From NCBI GenBank assembly GCA_965218695.1, contig OZ244651.1, forward strand, positions 1,856,001-1,920,000: DNA of 64,000 nucleotides, read 5' to 3'. Positions 27,448-38,132 of this stretch are shown one piece after another. Numbering within the stretch: the stretch's first letter is position 1; every line of letters starts with the position of its first letter. Below the pieces are notes generated by a model that saw only the letters and a program-made list of their open reading frames with translations, had not been told where the DNA came from and searched no databases. Both the position numbers and the translations under genes were made by a program. The stretch is from Nitrosopumilus sp. GTDB lineage: Archaea; Thermoproteota; Nitrososphaeria; Nitrososphaerales; Nitrosopumilaceae.

Positions 27448-29634
27448 ATGAGCCAGAACTCTCTGTCACTCAAGGTACTAGAGGCGTACACCCGGGACGT
27501 TGGAAGGGGCGTTGCAAGGATCGACTACGATTCCATGGACACCCTCAATGCATCCACAGGCGACGTAATCGAGATCAAGGGCAAGAGAAGGACGGTCGCA
27601 AAGTGCCTTCCGCTGTATCCGTCCGACGAGGGAAAGGGAATAATCAGGATTGACGGGCTCGGCAGGAACAACTCCGGAATTGCGATCGGGGACACCATTG
27701 CAGTCAGAAAGATCAAGGCAGTCGCAGCAGAAAAGGTGGTGGTGGCACCACTCGAGGCCATTCCGCCAATAGATGAGCGGTACCTTGCAGACGCACTGGA
27801 GAGCGTTCCATTAATCAAGGGCGACAACGTCATGGTTCCATACTTTGGCGGACGCCTGACATTCCAGGTGATCGGCGTTACGCCTGCAGTAGATGCGGTT
27901 CTGGTAACACAAAAGACGACATTTCACATAGCAGAAAAGGGCGAGACGCTGCGCGGCGTCCCGCAGGTAACCTATGAGGATATTGGAGGGCTTACAGACG
28001 AGATAAAGAAGGTCAGGGAGATGATCGAGCTTCCGCTGAGGCACCCGGAGATATTTGAAAAGCTGGGGATTGAGGCGCCAAAGGGGGTGCTGTTGTACGG
28101 TCCTCCCGGAACAGGCAAGACACTCCTTGCAAAGGCAGTAGCCAACGAGAGCCACGCCCACTTTATCAGCATATCAGGGCCTGAGATTATGAGCAAGTTT
28201 TACGGTGAAAGCGAGGCGCGCCTCAGGGAGATCTTCAAGGAGGCAAGGGAGAAGGCCCCATCCATAATATTCGTAGACGAGATAGACTCCATTGCCCCAA
28301 AGAGGGAAGAGGTGACAGGAGAGGTCGAAAGAAGGGTGGTATCCCAGATGCTCTCGCTCATGGACGGCCTAGAGGCAAGGGGCAAGGTGATCGTAATATC
28401 TGCGACAAACAGGCCAAACGCAATCGATCCCGCACTCAGAAGACCCGGAAGGTTCGACAGGGAGATCGAGATCAAGGTGCCTGACAAGAAGGGAAGAAAG
28501 GACATCCTTGCAATCCACAGCAGGAACATGCCGCTTTCAGACGACGTCAACATAGACAAGATATCCGCAGTCAGCCACGGATACGTCGGGGCGGACCTGG
28601 AGTACCTCTGCAAGGAGGCTGCCATGAAGTGCCTGAGGAGGCTGCTGCCGATTCTCAACCTGGAGGAGGAAAAGATTCCCACAGAGACCCTGGACAAGCT
28701 CATCGTAAACCACGAGGACTTTACAAAGGCGCTAATCGAGATTACCCCGTCAGGTATGAGGGAGGTGTTCATTGAGAACCCCGATGTCATGTGGGAGGAT
28801 GTGGGAGGACTGGAGGCTGTAAAGCGGGAGCTGCAGGAGGCAGTCGAATGGCCCATGAAGTATCCCGGCCTCTATGACAAGCTGGGCCACAGCATGCCAA
28901 GGGGAATTCTGTTGCACGGCCCAAGCGGCACGGGCAAGACGCTCCTTGCAAAGGCAGTAGCCACGCAGAGCGAGGCAAACTTTGTATCGGTAAGGGGCCC
29001 GGAGCTCCTCTCAAAATGGGTGGGCGAGTCCGAAAGGGGCATCAGGGAGATCTTCAAGAGGGCGCGCCAGTCTGCACCATGCGTCATATTCTTCGACGAG
29101 ATAGACTCGATTGCTCCCGTAAGGGGTGCAGGCGGTGAGACTGCGGTGACAGAAAGAGTCGTCAGCCAGCTGCTCACGGAACTGGACGGAATGGAGAACA
29201 TGCACGGCGTCGTGGTGCTTGCAGCAACAAACAGGGCAGACATGATAGACCCGGCACTGCTCAGGCCCGGAAGGTTCGACAAGATAATTCAGATTCCACT
29301 GCCGGACAAGGAGAGCAGGGTGAGCATACTGAAGATCAACGCAGCACAGATACCCATAATTGACGACGTTACCGATCCCCAGTATGTCGACTTGAACAGG
29401 ATCGCAGAACAGACCGATGGAATGAGCGGTGCCGACACTGGATCCATTGCAAACACGGCAGTCTCGCTTGTCATTCACGAGTTTCTGGACTCCCATCCGG
29501 ATGTCAAGGATATTGAAAATGACAAGCTCACGGCCAAGGTGACAATGAAGCACTTTGAAGAGGCCGTAAAGAAGGTCAGGGAACAGAAGGATCTCAAGCT
29601 GGGCGAAAAACTGGCAGTTACCTATTACAGGTAG
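27448..29634 (+). CDS. cdc48: CDC48/VCP-family AAA+ ATPase
   Basis: N-domain plus two AAA modules ([26 protein letters not shown]) and a C-terminal YYR HbYX-like tail. The start may be 27436. Confidence 0.96.
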   Translation: MSQNSLSLKVLEAYTRDVGRGVARIDYDSMDTLNASTGDVIEIKGKRRTVAKCLPLYPSDEGKGIIRIDGLGRNNSGIAIGDTIAVRKIKAVAAEKVVVAPLEAIPPIDERYLADALESVPLIKGDNVMVPYFGGRLTFQVIGVTPAVDAVLVTQKTTFHIAEKGETLRGVPQVTYEDIGGLTDEIKKVREMIELPLRHPEIFEKLGIEAPKGVLLYGPPGTGKTLLAKAVANESHAHFISISGPEIMSKFYGESEARLREIFKEAREKAPSIIFVDEIDSIAPKREEVTGEVERRVVSQMLSLMDGLEARGKVIVISATNRPNAIDPALRRPGRFDREIEIKVPDKKGRKDILAIHSRNMPLSDDVNIDKISAVSHGYVGADLEYLCKEAAMKCLRRLLPILNLEEEKIPTETLDKLIVNHEDFTKALIEITPSGMREVFIENPDVMWEDVGGLEAVKRELQEAVEWPMKYPGLYDKLGHSMPRGILLHGPSGTGKTLLAKAVATQSEANFVSVRGPELLSKWVGESERGIREIFKRARQSAPCVIFFDEIDSIAPVRGAGGETAVTERVVSQLLTELDGMENMHGVVVLAATNRADMIDPALLRPGRFDKIIQIPLPDKESRVSILKINAAQIPIIDDVTDPQYVDLNRIAEQTDGMSGADTGSIANTAVSLVIHEFLDSHPDVKDIENDKLTAKVTMKHFEEAVKKVREQKDLKLGEKLAVTYYR

Positions 29635-29697
29635 CAGTAGTAGCATTCTAGCGTGGTTTTAGCATCCCATGGTGAGACACCAGGCATTCTTTGGAAG

Positions 29698-31203
29698 TTA
29701 AACAAGAAAGAGAAAGACCGACGCTGGAATCATCACATATTCCGAGTGGACGTCAAGACGATCCTTGGAGATGACCAGTCCTTTGTTGCTTGTGTTGTTT
29801 AGGAATTTGTACATGCCTGCTAGATCCTTAGTGGCCTTGTTTCTGTATTTTACCTCAATGGGTACTTCGATCTTGTCACCATCATAGTATACAAAATCTA
29901 CCTCCTTGCCATCCTCAGTGTAATAAAAGAGGCGATAATGGTGGTCAAAATTCTGCTTATTGGGACTAGAATTAAAGGCTAGTCTAACAAGGTGATTGGC
30001 CACTATACTTTCAACAAGGACTCCCTTGTTGTCATCATGGTCCAAGTATTTCGAACTTGTGTCAAAGTAGCCTGTTGACTTTGTCCAAGCGTTAAACATA
30101 TGGAAGAAGAACGGATCGGCAAAGTAGATCTTTTTGTTGCGGCGAAACATCGGACTCTTGTCATTCTTGTTGCATCCGTAGACTGTCAGCAAAATAAAAA
30201 GATCTGACAGTGTCTGCACGGAATCTTGCACTGTCTTGTGGGTGCTTATGTCCGCACTCCGGGCCATATTGTTCCAAGAAGCATTACTTCCATGCGACTT
30301 TACAATCTCCCTTCCCAAGCGTTTTAAGAGATCTGGGTTCCTGCCTAGTCTAGACCACTCTCCGGTGATGCTGTCCATGTAGTTGTTATACACATTTTCC
30401 GAGATTGGCCATGCGGATGCTTGGGAGTTCACCACGAATGGTATTCCTCCGCTGTACATGTATCTCCACAACAGATCATCTAATGTGGCCTGATACATGT
30501 GGATCTGTTCTACTGATCTGTCAATCTCACCATTCACCAAGTTGCCAAATGTCGTAAGTCTGTTCTGGAATGAGAGGAGACTATTTCTGTCAATTAATTC
30601 CTCAATGTCACGGTCAAGCGCACTGGCGTATTCTGAAAACTTCAACGGCGGCAAAATCTTGTCATAGCTCTCCGTGATTCTTCCTCTGCGTCCGGGCAGC
30701 CGTTCGATAGATTTTCTCAGATCTATTGCGTCCGAACCTGTTGCCATGATCGTGCTGTTTGGTATTTTGTTTCTGTCCACTAGAGATTTGATCCCTTTCT
30801 GCCAGTTTGGAACAGTCGATACCTCGTCCAAGAAAAGGTAACACCTATCGCCATCACGCATTCTGCGCGTTATTCGTCTATACGCCTCTACCACATCCAC
30901 TAGCTCACGCGGAGTCTTACACAAGTCAAGGGAATAATAAAATATGTTCCATGGCAGTGTGCCTTCCTCTAGAAATTTCTTAATCTGCAATTTTATCATA
31001 GTCGTCTTGCCGATCTGTCGTGTACCTCTCAACGTGTATACAACGGTATTTTCTGGCTCAAAATCATAGGTTATCATGTGCATTATTCTTGGTGTAATAT
31101 GCAGTTTCGATCTTTCCCATGCTTGAATCTCTGGGTCATCGTAGATCTTCTCTATACTCCTCCACCAAGGATTTGCGCTTATGATCTCACTTTCCTTAAT
31201 CAT
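29698..31203 (-). CDS. AAA_14 ATPase with C-terminal DUF4143 / PD-(D/E)xK-like domain
   Basis: NPWW, GTRQIGKTT Walker A, FLDEV Walker B, TGS, GGIP, KIYFADP, EVDFV..PIEVKY. AT-richer than the flanks. Confidence 0.85.
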   Translation of the reverse strand: MIKESEIISANPWWRSIEKIYDDPEIQAWERSKLHITPRIMHMITYDFEPENTVVYTLRGTRQIGKTTMIKLQIKKFLEEGTLPWNIFYYSLDLCKTPRELVDVVEAYRRITRRMRDGDRCYLFLDEVSTVPNWQKGIKSLVDRNKIPNSTIMATGSDAIDLRKSIERLPGRRGRITESYDKILPPLKFSEYASALDRDIEELIDRNSLLSFQNRLTTFGNLVNGEIDRSVEQIHMYQATLDDLLWRYMYSGGIPFVVNSQASAWPISENVYNNYMDSITGEWSRLGRNPDLLKRLGREIVKSHGSNASWNNMARSADISTHKTVQDSVQTLSDLFILLTVYGCNKNDKSPMFRRNKKIYFADPFFFHMFNAWTKSTGYFDTSSKYLDHDDNKGVLVESIVANHLVRLAFNSSPNKQNFDHHYRLFYYTEDGKEVDFVYYDGDKIEVPIEVKYRNKATKDLAGMYKFLNNTSNKGLVISKDRLDVHSEYVMIPASVFLFLV

Positions 31204-31212
31204 GTATGTTCG

Positions 31213-31286
31213 CTACCAACCACTTTATATAATCTTACAGTTTAGACTACCAATTACTTTATATAATCTTACAGTTTAGACTACCA
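31213..31286. repeat. 34-bp tandem duplication (2.2 copies) containing a TATA box
   Basis: ctaccaa(cc/tt)actttatataatcttacagtttaga at 31213-46 and 31247-80, then ctacca. Confidence 0.9.
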
Positions 31287-32181
31287 GCTGTTTCGTATGA
31301 CTTTGCACGGTGCATGTCTTGAAATGTCTTAGTATTCGGGCACAGGCAGGACGCGCTTTTCCCGGTGTTAGCATTCTTCCATCGTGTTGAGGCACGGTAA
31401 GTCCCTGATCCGAACCTCGTGGTTTTTTTTCTTTTCTGTACGCCCTTTCAGGTTATTCCAATTTAGTGCTGTTTAGACATCACCACATATTCTTTTTTTT
31501 TCATTTAATTTTTGTCCCTCCTGGTATTGCTCAATTTGTGAATTATAAATTAGTTTTTCTTCCCTAATTTGAAGAGGTAACAAGTGTGTGTTTTATTTTT
31601 GCTTTTAGCTTAGAATATATCCCGACGATAACCAATTTTTCAAAAAACTTGCGCTGTTCCCTTCAGGGAAAAGATCGTTCTTCACAACGGATACAGTTTG
31701 CAAAAAATATTTTATTTCCCCAAAAAGCATTTGAAAATGCCGTAAATATTGCGACAAACAAGATTGCTGACGCACCCTACGCAGAAGAGACGGTTTGGAA
31801 GGAATAAAATGAAATATTGTCCGGTCATGCTCTTCTGTGCCCTCTAGATTACGCTGCAGAGCATTAGCCTTTCAATATGATCATTCAATCCGGATCTCAG
31901 TTCCATTTCCACGTGGAACACTAATCCATGATTATTTATTTTTAAAAGAAATAGTTGTGTGCGTGCCCTCGGAAAATGCTCACCCCTCTGGTGCCCGGAA
32001 ACAGCGCATTCGGGTAGGACATGGGACATGAGTAGGATACTCGTGCATGCTAACCCATCGGATTAGCTGCTCTTGCAGTGGATTGATGGCCGCGCCAGGC
32101 ATCAGATTTGCCGATCTTGATGCTGGGCCAAAACCGGCACACAACAGGTAGTTTTAATAAAATAACCATCAAACTTCCCGT

Positions 32182-33468
32182 ATGTCAGGATATAGAGGAA
32201 GGTCGCTTGAGCTTCTAAGTTCCAGCGGGGTGTCAGTCGGGGATTCTGTAACGGTTCATTCTGACATGACATACCGGGGAATAGTCATGCCAAGGTACGA
32301 GCACGGCGATGATGCGCACATAGTCCTGAAACTTGACAGCGGGTACAACGTGGGACTGGAGATCTCCAGCATTCAGAGCATCAGCAGGAATCAGGAGGAG
32401 GTGCAGGAGACTGCAGAACCTGCCAGGCCAGTCGGCAAGACAGAGGGACTGCCCGGAATCCTGCTGCTGTCCACCGGGGGGACCATTGCAAGCAGGGTCG
32501 ACTACAGGACCGGTGCCGTGACGCCTGTTCTGACAGCAGAGCAGATCAACTCGGCTGTACCTGAGGTGGCAAAAATTGCCAACATCGACACGGAGGTGCT
32601 TTTTTCAGAATACTCTGAGAACGTGGTGCCCGGCCACTGGCTGAAGATGGCAGAGGCAGCCAGCAGGCATGCAGATTCGGATTATGCAGGAATAATCATA
32701 GCGCACGGGACTGACACCATGCACTATACCTCGTCGTTTCTCTCATTTGCTCTTGCAGGTTTTCCCATTCCCATTGTTTTGGTGGGATCGCAGAGATCGC
32801 CGGACCGCGCCTCATCGGATGCGGCACTGAACCTTATCGGCGCTGCAAGATTCATCACCAAACGCAGGACGCCGGGGGTATACATCGCCATGCACCAAGA
32901 CAGAAGCGACGGAGACGTTTCATGCCACGCCGGAACAAGGGTAAGAAAGAACCACACCAGCAGCAGGGGGGCGTTTCAGACCATCGGGGGAGAGCCGGCA
33001 TTTGTAGTAACAGGTTCTGGAATCACAAGGAACCTTTCTGGAGACTACTATGACGTGGACGGATTCCGGCCCCGGATACACCTGGACGAGAGGGTGGCGC
33101 TGGTAAAGTACCATCCCGGGTACGGCCCGAAGATGATCGACTGGATGATTCAGAATGAGTACAGGGGCATAATATTCGAGGGGACGGGGCTGGGACACAT
33201 CGGAGATACCATGTACGAGGCAGTGGGCAGGGCAGCAGACAGCGGGATGTTTCTGGGCATGACATCGCAGTGCATTGACGGCAGGGTCAGGATGACCGTG
33301 TATGAGAGCGGCAGGGACCTGCTGAACCTTGGCATCATTCCCTTGGAGGACATGATTCCAGAGACTGCGCTGGTAAAGGCCATGTGGGCAATGGGCGGGA
33401 CTAAAGAGGGCAACAACGACATCAGGGATATTATGCTCAGTAAAGTGGCATCGGAGATTACACCATGA
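32182..33468 (+). CDS. gatD: Glu-tRNA(Gln) amidotransferase subunit D
   Basis: KLDSGYNVG, STGGTIASRVDYRTGAV, HGTDTM, GSQRSPDR. Confidence 0.96.
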   Translation: MSGYRGRSLELLSSSGVSVGDSVTVHSDMTYRGIVMPRYEHGDDAHIVLKLDSGYNVGLEISSIQSISRNQEEVQETAEPARPVGKTEGLPGILLLSTGGTIASRVDYRTGAVTPVLTAEQINSAVPEVAKIANIDTEVLFSEYSENVVPGHWLKMAEAASRHADSDYAGIIIAHGTDTMHYTSSFLSFALAGFPIPIVLVGSQRSPDRASSDAALNLIGAARFITKRRTPGVYIAMHQDRSDGDVSCHAGTRVRKNHTSSRGAFQTIGGEPAFVVTGSGITRNLSGDYYDVDGFRPRIHLDERVALVKYHPGYGPKMIDWMIQNEYRGIIFEGTGLGHIGDTMYEAVGRAADSGMFLGMTSQCIDGRVRMTVYESGRDLLNLGIIPLEDMIPETALVKAMWAMGGTKEGNNDIRDIMLSKVASEITP

Positions 33469-35369
33469 CTGAATTTTCAATCAGTGATGCTGGGGTGAGG
33501 GTCGGCCTTGAGATTCACCAGCAGCTTGCGACAGGCAGGAAGCTGTTCTGCAGCTGTGCGCCGGTGGAGTCAGAGGAGCACCCCATAAGGTTCCGCAGGA
33601 GGCTGCGTGCAACCAAAAGCGAGCTGGGCAGGTACGACCCTGCCGCGCTGTTTGAGGGAACAAAGTCAGAGACGATAGAGTACATGGCAAATCCGGAGAG
33701 CAGCTGCCTGGTGGAGCAGGACGAGGAGCCCCCGCACGAGCTGGACTGCGGTGCAAGGCGGATCGCCCTGATGGTGGCTGGCATGCTAAAGTCCAGCGTG
33801 TTTGGGGAGATGTACCCCATGAGAAAGACCGTGGTCGACGGCTCCAACACGACTGGCTTTCAGAGAACCATGCTGGTCTCGCAAGGAGGGCACTACGAGG
33901 CAGGCCCAAGAAGGATAGGCATCCAGTCAATCTGCCTGGAAGAGGACGCGGCCAGAATCCTAGAGGGGGACGGCACCGTAAAGAGGTATGGCCTGGAACG
34001 GCTTGGAATACCGCTGGTGGAGATTGCAACCGATCCCTTTGAGGCAGAACCCGGACAGACAAGGGAGAACGCCCTGGCGCTGGGAAGAATCCTGAGAAGC
34101 ACCAGAATGGTGAGAAGGGGCCTGGGCTCAATCAGGCAGGACGTCAATGTATCGATCAGGGGCGGCAACGCGGTAATAGAGGTAAAGGGCGTGCAGCAAC
34201 TGGACCAGTTGGAAGGTGTCGTAGAGTACGAGGCAAAAAGGCAGCACGGGCTGCTGGGAATCTCAAAGGAGATACGGGGCAGGGGATGGTCCCATGACCC
34301 AAAAGATGCAGCAGACGTTACGGGGCTGCTTGGAGGGTGCGGCTCAAAGATAATCCGCAGTGCCCTAAAGAAAGGACACAGGATCCATGCGGTGCGGTTT
34401 AGAGGAATGGCCGGCATGTTCGGGTACTCCCCGTACGAAGGCATCAGGCTGGGAAGGGCGGTTGCAGAGATGGTGAGATTCTTTGGGATAGGAGGCGTCT
34501 TTCATTCAGACGAGCTGCCGGGATACGGCATTACAGGGTCAGACGTGGACGGTGTCAGGGAGTTCTTGGGTGCGGGAGGTGACGATGCGTTTTTGATCCT
34601 GGCTGCCCCGGAGGGCATGATTGGGACGGTGACAGGCCACATAATTCAAAGGGTTGCAGATGTAAGAGACAGGGGGATTCCAGCAGACACCAGGCTTGCC
34701 ATGCCGGACGGCACCACCAGGTTTCTGAGGCCAAAGCCGGGGGCTGCAAGAATGTACCCGGAGACTGACATACCCCCGATAACGGTCACGCAGAAAGAGC
34801 TTGTGGAGGTGAGGGAAGGCACGCCCAAGTCATGGGACGAGTCGGTAAGGGACATCCGGGAGAAGCACGGGATCAATCCCCAGCTTGCAGAGCAGATCTA
34901 TGACTCAGAATACCTGGATCTCTTTGAGGGGATAGCAGAAAGGACCAGCATAAGCCCCACTTTTGTGGCATCGGTGCTGTGCTCTGTGATAACCGGCCTG
35001 GAGAGGGACGGCCTGGATTCGGGACTGCTGGATGGCAAGGAGATCGCAAGGACATTTGAGCTGCTCGACGAAAAGGAGATCGCAAAGGAGTCAGTGGAGA
35101 TGATCTTTGAGGACATAATGAGTGGCAGGTCCAAGACTGCACAGGAGGCCATGGGGAACAAGATGATGATTGAGACGGTGGACGAATCGGAACTGAACGG
35201 CATCATACACGGGATACTTGAGGAGAACAAGGACATGGTAGAGAGTCAGAAGGAGAGGGCCATCGGGCCCCTGATGGGAATTGCGATGAAGGAGCTGAGG
35301 GGAAAGGTGTCAGGCGAGATGGTAAACTCCCTTCTTGCGCGCGGGATCAGGGACATGCTGGTGGATTAA
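33465..35369 (+). CDS. gatE: Glu-tRNA(Gln) amidotransferase subunit E
   Basis: GLEIHQQL, MRKTVVDGSNTTGFQRT, RGLGSIRQDVNVSI, PGAARMYPETDIP. Confidence 0.96.
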   Translation: MTEFSISDAGVRVGLEIHQQLATGRKLFCSCAPVESEEHPIRFRRRLRATKSELGRYDPAALFEGTKSETIEYMANPESSCLVEQDEEPPHELDCGARRIALMVAGMLKSSVFGEMYPMRKTVVDGSNTTGFQRTMLVSQGGHYEAGPRRIGIQSICLEEDAARILEGDGTVKRYGLERLGIPLVEIATDPFEAEPGQTRENALALGRILRSTRMVRRGLGSIRQDVNVSIRGGNAVIEVKGVQQLDQLEGVVEYEAKRQHGLLGISKEIRGRGWSHDPKDAADVTGLLGGCGSKIIRSALKKGHRIHAVRFRGMAGMFGYSPYEGIRLGRAVAEMVRFFGIGGVFHSDELPGYGITGSDVDGVREFLGAGGDDAFLILAAPEGMIGTVTGHIIQRVADVRDRGIPADTRLAMPDGTTRFLRPKPGAARMYPETDIPPITVTQKELVEVREGTPKSWDESVRDIREKHGINPQLAEQIYDSEYLDLFEGIAERTSISPTFVASVLCSVITGLERDGLDSGLLDGKEIARTFELLDEKEIAKESVEMIFEDIMSGRSKTAQEAMGNKMMIETVDESELNGIIHGILEENKDMVESQKERAIGPLMGIAMKELRGKVSGEMVNSLLARGIRDMLVD

Positions 35370-35431
35370 GTCGCGGGTAGGAGCAGATTGGTTTTGCGCA
35401 GAAGAGATCCCTGAAGACGGGACGAGTATGA

Positions 35432-35773
35432 TCATGGTGCCATTTCAGGTGCCATCTCGGCGAGCCTCTCGGTAATATTCTGGATCTCCTCCAGGTTCTG
35501 GGCGATCACCTGCTCAAGCACCTCAATCTCCTGGCCTGCCTGGGACGTCTCGTTGAGTCCCGGGTCTGCGGCCCTTATCTCGTCAAGCGCCTCGCGGTTG
35601 GACTCGTTGACTCTGATTAGATCGTCCCTGTACTTTTCCAGCTTCTCAAACGCAGATGTCTCCTCGGGCGCCCCTGCACTCACGGGGGCTTCAGGCTCTG
35701 TCAGGAATCCAAGCGTGATTACTGCTCCCCCCACTACAAGAACCGCGGCCAGTATTATGATGGACAGTCTCAT
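35432..35773 (-). CDS. Small membrane-anchored coiled-coil hypothetical protein
   Basis: N-terminal hydrophobic helix and acidic helical body; last gene of the ABC operon. Confidence 0.7.
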   Translation of the reverse strand: MRLSIIILAAVLVVGGAVITLGFLTEPEAPVSAGAPEETSAFEKLEKYRDDLIRVNESNREALDEIRAADPGLNETSQAGQEIEVLEQVIAQNLEEIQNITERLAEMAPEMAP

Positions 35774-35781
35774 GGTATCAC

Positions 35782-37437
35782 TCAGGACTGTTGCGGAATC
35801 TTCTTCTTTCTGCGTCTGCGGGCAAGAAATATCCCTACGCCGGCTGCCGCTGCAACCGGTATTATTATCATGGTCACGTCAGGGAATGCCTGTTCCTCCT
35901 CCACGGAGGGCTCTGAGATGAATATTACGGTATCATGGGATACGATCGTCTCGTCGCGGATGCTGTCCTTGTACCTTACATGGACGGTGATCTCATGCTC
36001 GCCGTACCGGGGAGGCCCGTCAAACTCGATCGGGGTGTTAAAGGGCACCGGAGAGTCGGTCTCTATCTCGTCGATGAACTGCTCGACTGGCATGAGGTTG
36101 GAGCCGCCCCGCGGCTCGACTGAGATGAACCCGAAGAGTCCGGCCTCGTTTCCCTCGTTGATGATCTCCCCCACTATCAGCTGGCCGGCAGACAGATCCA
36201 CCACATGCACGTTGAATACGTTGAGGTCTACAAACCCCTTGACGTAAAAGTCCACCACCCGGGATATCTGCTGGGGATCGCCGTACGAGTTGTAGTAGGA
36301 TATGGATAACGGGATCTTCAGCGTCTGATCCCTGATGGACTCTGGCACGTATACGGTCAGGCCGATGCTCTCAGAGGAGCCGGGCGCTATCTGACCTACG
36401 TTCCAGTTGGATTCGGGGATCACCACGTTTTCCAGGTTGTTCTGGAACTCCATGGAGTCGGACCTTGCAGGTATGTCGGTGGTAATGTCCACGCCGGAGA
36501 TTGGGTCGGTCCCGTCGTTGGTGATCTGGATGGAGACGTCGTTTGTCTTCAGGGATGTCAGGAACGGCTGCTCTGCTCTTGCGTTGATCACGTTGTCGCC
36601 GGTCTGGTCAACAAACCCCTTGACGAAGAAGTCCACTGCCCGTGATATCTGCTGGGGATCGCCGTACGAGTTGTAGTAGGATATGGATAACGGGATCTTC
36701 AGCGTCTGGCCCTTGAGGGACTCTGGCACGTATACGGTCAGGTCGATACTCTCAGAGGAGCCGGGCGCTATCTGACCTACGTTCCAGTTTGAGACGGGGA
36801 TCACGACGTTTTCCAAGCTGGTCTGGGAGGCGGGCGCGTCGGTGCTGATATCCACGCCTGAGATCTGGGCGGTCCCATCGTTGGTGATCTGGATGGAGAC
36901 CTCGTTTGTTCTCAGCGGCGTGAGGAACGGCTGCTCTGCCTGTGCGTTGATCACGCTGCCGCCGGTTACCTTGAAGTCGAATTCCTCATGCACCACTCGG
37001 GTGCCAGACTCCCTCAGCCGGGAATAGTCCACCTTTATGGTCGCAGGATACTGCCGTATCTGCAAGTTCTTGTCAAGGTTTACAGAGAAGGTGAGATAGA
37101 AGATCTCCCCTGCCGGCGGGTTGGAGCTGCTGTCTGCCCGGATGACTGGGCCCGGTCCGGACCCGGAAAAGCCGAGCGGCAGCATCAGCTGGCCCTGGAT
37201 CCCGGTGATGTCATGCGTGCCCACGTTGGCAAGAACCACGGTGAGCGGCACGTTGCTGTCACCGGGCTCGACTTCTAGCTTTCGATCCTCCGTGCCAAAG
37301 TACGCATCCAGAAACTTGACGTCCCCATACCCCCTCTCAAAGGGCGATTCCCCGACGGGGATTGACTGGGCGTACGAGTAGCCAAACACGGACGGTATCG
37401 CAAGAGCTGCAATCAGCAAGAGAAGATACCCCGTCAT
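35782..37437 (-). CDS. COG1361-type S-layer-domain / Ig-like membrane protein associated with a LolCDE/MacB-type ABC system
   Basis: Signal peptide, repeated beta-sandwich domains (ITNDG..VGQIAPGSS..ISYYNSYG), C-terminal TM helix and RRRRKKK. Confidence 0.8.
   Translation of the reverse strand: MTGYLLLLIAALAIPSVFGYSYAQSIPVGESPFERGYGDVKFLDAYFGTEDRKLEVEPGDSNVPLTVVLANVGTHDITGIQGQLMLPLGFSGSGPGPVIRADSSSNPPAGEIFYLTFSVNLDKNLQIRQYPATIKVDYSRLRESGTRVVHEEFDFKVTGGSVINAQAEQPFLTPLRTNEVSIQITNDGTAQISGVDISTDAPASQTSLENVVIPVSNWNVGQIAPGSSESIDLTVYVPESLKGQTLKIPLSISYYNSYGDPQQISRAVDFFVKGFVDQTGDNVINARAEQPFLTSLKTNDVSIQITNDGTDPISGVDITTDIPARSDSMEFQNNLENVVIPESNWNVGQIAPGSSESIGLTVYVPESIRDQTLKIPLSISYYNSYGDPQQISRVVDFYVKGFVDLNVFNVHVVDLSAGQLIVGEIINEGNEAGLFGFISVEPRGGSNLMPVEQFIDEIETDSPVPFNTPIEFDGPPRYGEHEITVHVRYKDSIRDETIVSHDTVIFISEPSVEEEQAFPDVTMIIIPVAAAAGVGIFLARRRRKKKIPQQS
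36226..36954 (-). repeat. Internal tandem duplication of a ~120-aa domain
   Basis: VINA.AEQPFLT...ISYYNSYGDPQQISR.VDF.VKGFVD occurs twice, with long identical nucleotide blocks (about 36275-36327 vs 36656-36708). Confidence 0.9.
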
Positions 37438-38132
37438 GCCCGAATCGCCATCCTCGTGTCCTCAGTAACGGCCCTGCCGTCCTTTATCGTGATGACCTTG
37501 TCGACGTCCCCAAAGTGTTCGCGGTCGTGTGTAACTATGATGAATGTCTGGTTGAGTTTTCTGGCCATCGACTTCATCAGCTGGACGACCATATCAGAGG
37601 TGACTGAGTCCAGGTTCCCTGTGGGCTCGTCTGCAAGCACCAGCGCAGGCTTGTTTATCATCCCCCGGGCAATGGCTACCCTCTGGGACTGCCCGCCGGA
37701 TATCTTGTTTGCGCGCTTGTTCATCTGGCTCTCTATGCCGACTGCCCTGAGCAGGTTGGCAGCATCGGTCATGGCGGTCCCGTCGTCCCCGCCTATCTCC
37801 CGGGGAAGCATGACGTTTTCCAGTACGGTAAGATCGGTAATCAGGTTGGAGAACTGGAATATGAATCCGAGCTTTTGGTTCCTGAACGAGGAGATCTGGC
37901 CCTCGTCAAGCGCGCCGGTGCCTGTGCCTTCTATGACGACCTCCCCGCGCGTGGGACGGTCAAGCAGGCCTATCATGTTGAGGAGCGTGGACTTGCCGGA
38001 GCCGGAGCTGCCCACTACCAGGACAAACTCTCCCCTCTCTATCGAAAACGAGACATCGTCGAGTGCCTTGACGCGGTTCTCCCCGTCCCCGTATACCTTG
38101 CTCACGCCGCGCACCTCCAGTACCCTAGACAT
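37434..38132 (-). CDS. ABC transporter ATP-binding protein (LolD/MacB-like)
   Basis: GSSGSGKST, GFIFQFSNL, ISGGQSQRVAIAR, LADEPTGNLDS, VTHD. Confidence 0.93.
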   Translation of the reverse strand: MSRVLEVRGVSKVYGDGENRVKALDDVSFSIERGEFVLVVGSSGSGKSTLLNMIGLLDRPTRGEVVIEGTGTGALDEGQISSFRNQKLGFIFQFSNLITDLTVLENVMLPREIGGDDGTAMTDAANLLRAVGIESQMNKRANKISGGQSQRVAIARGMINKPALVLADEPTGNLDSVTSDMVVQLMKSMARKLNQTFIIVTHDREHFGDVDKVITIKDGRAVTEDTRMAIRA

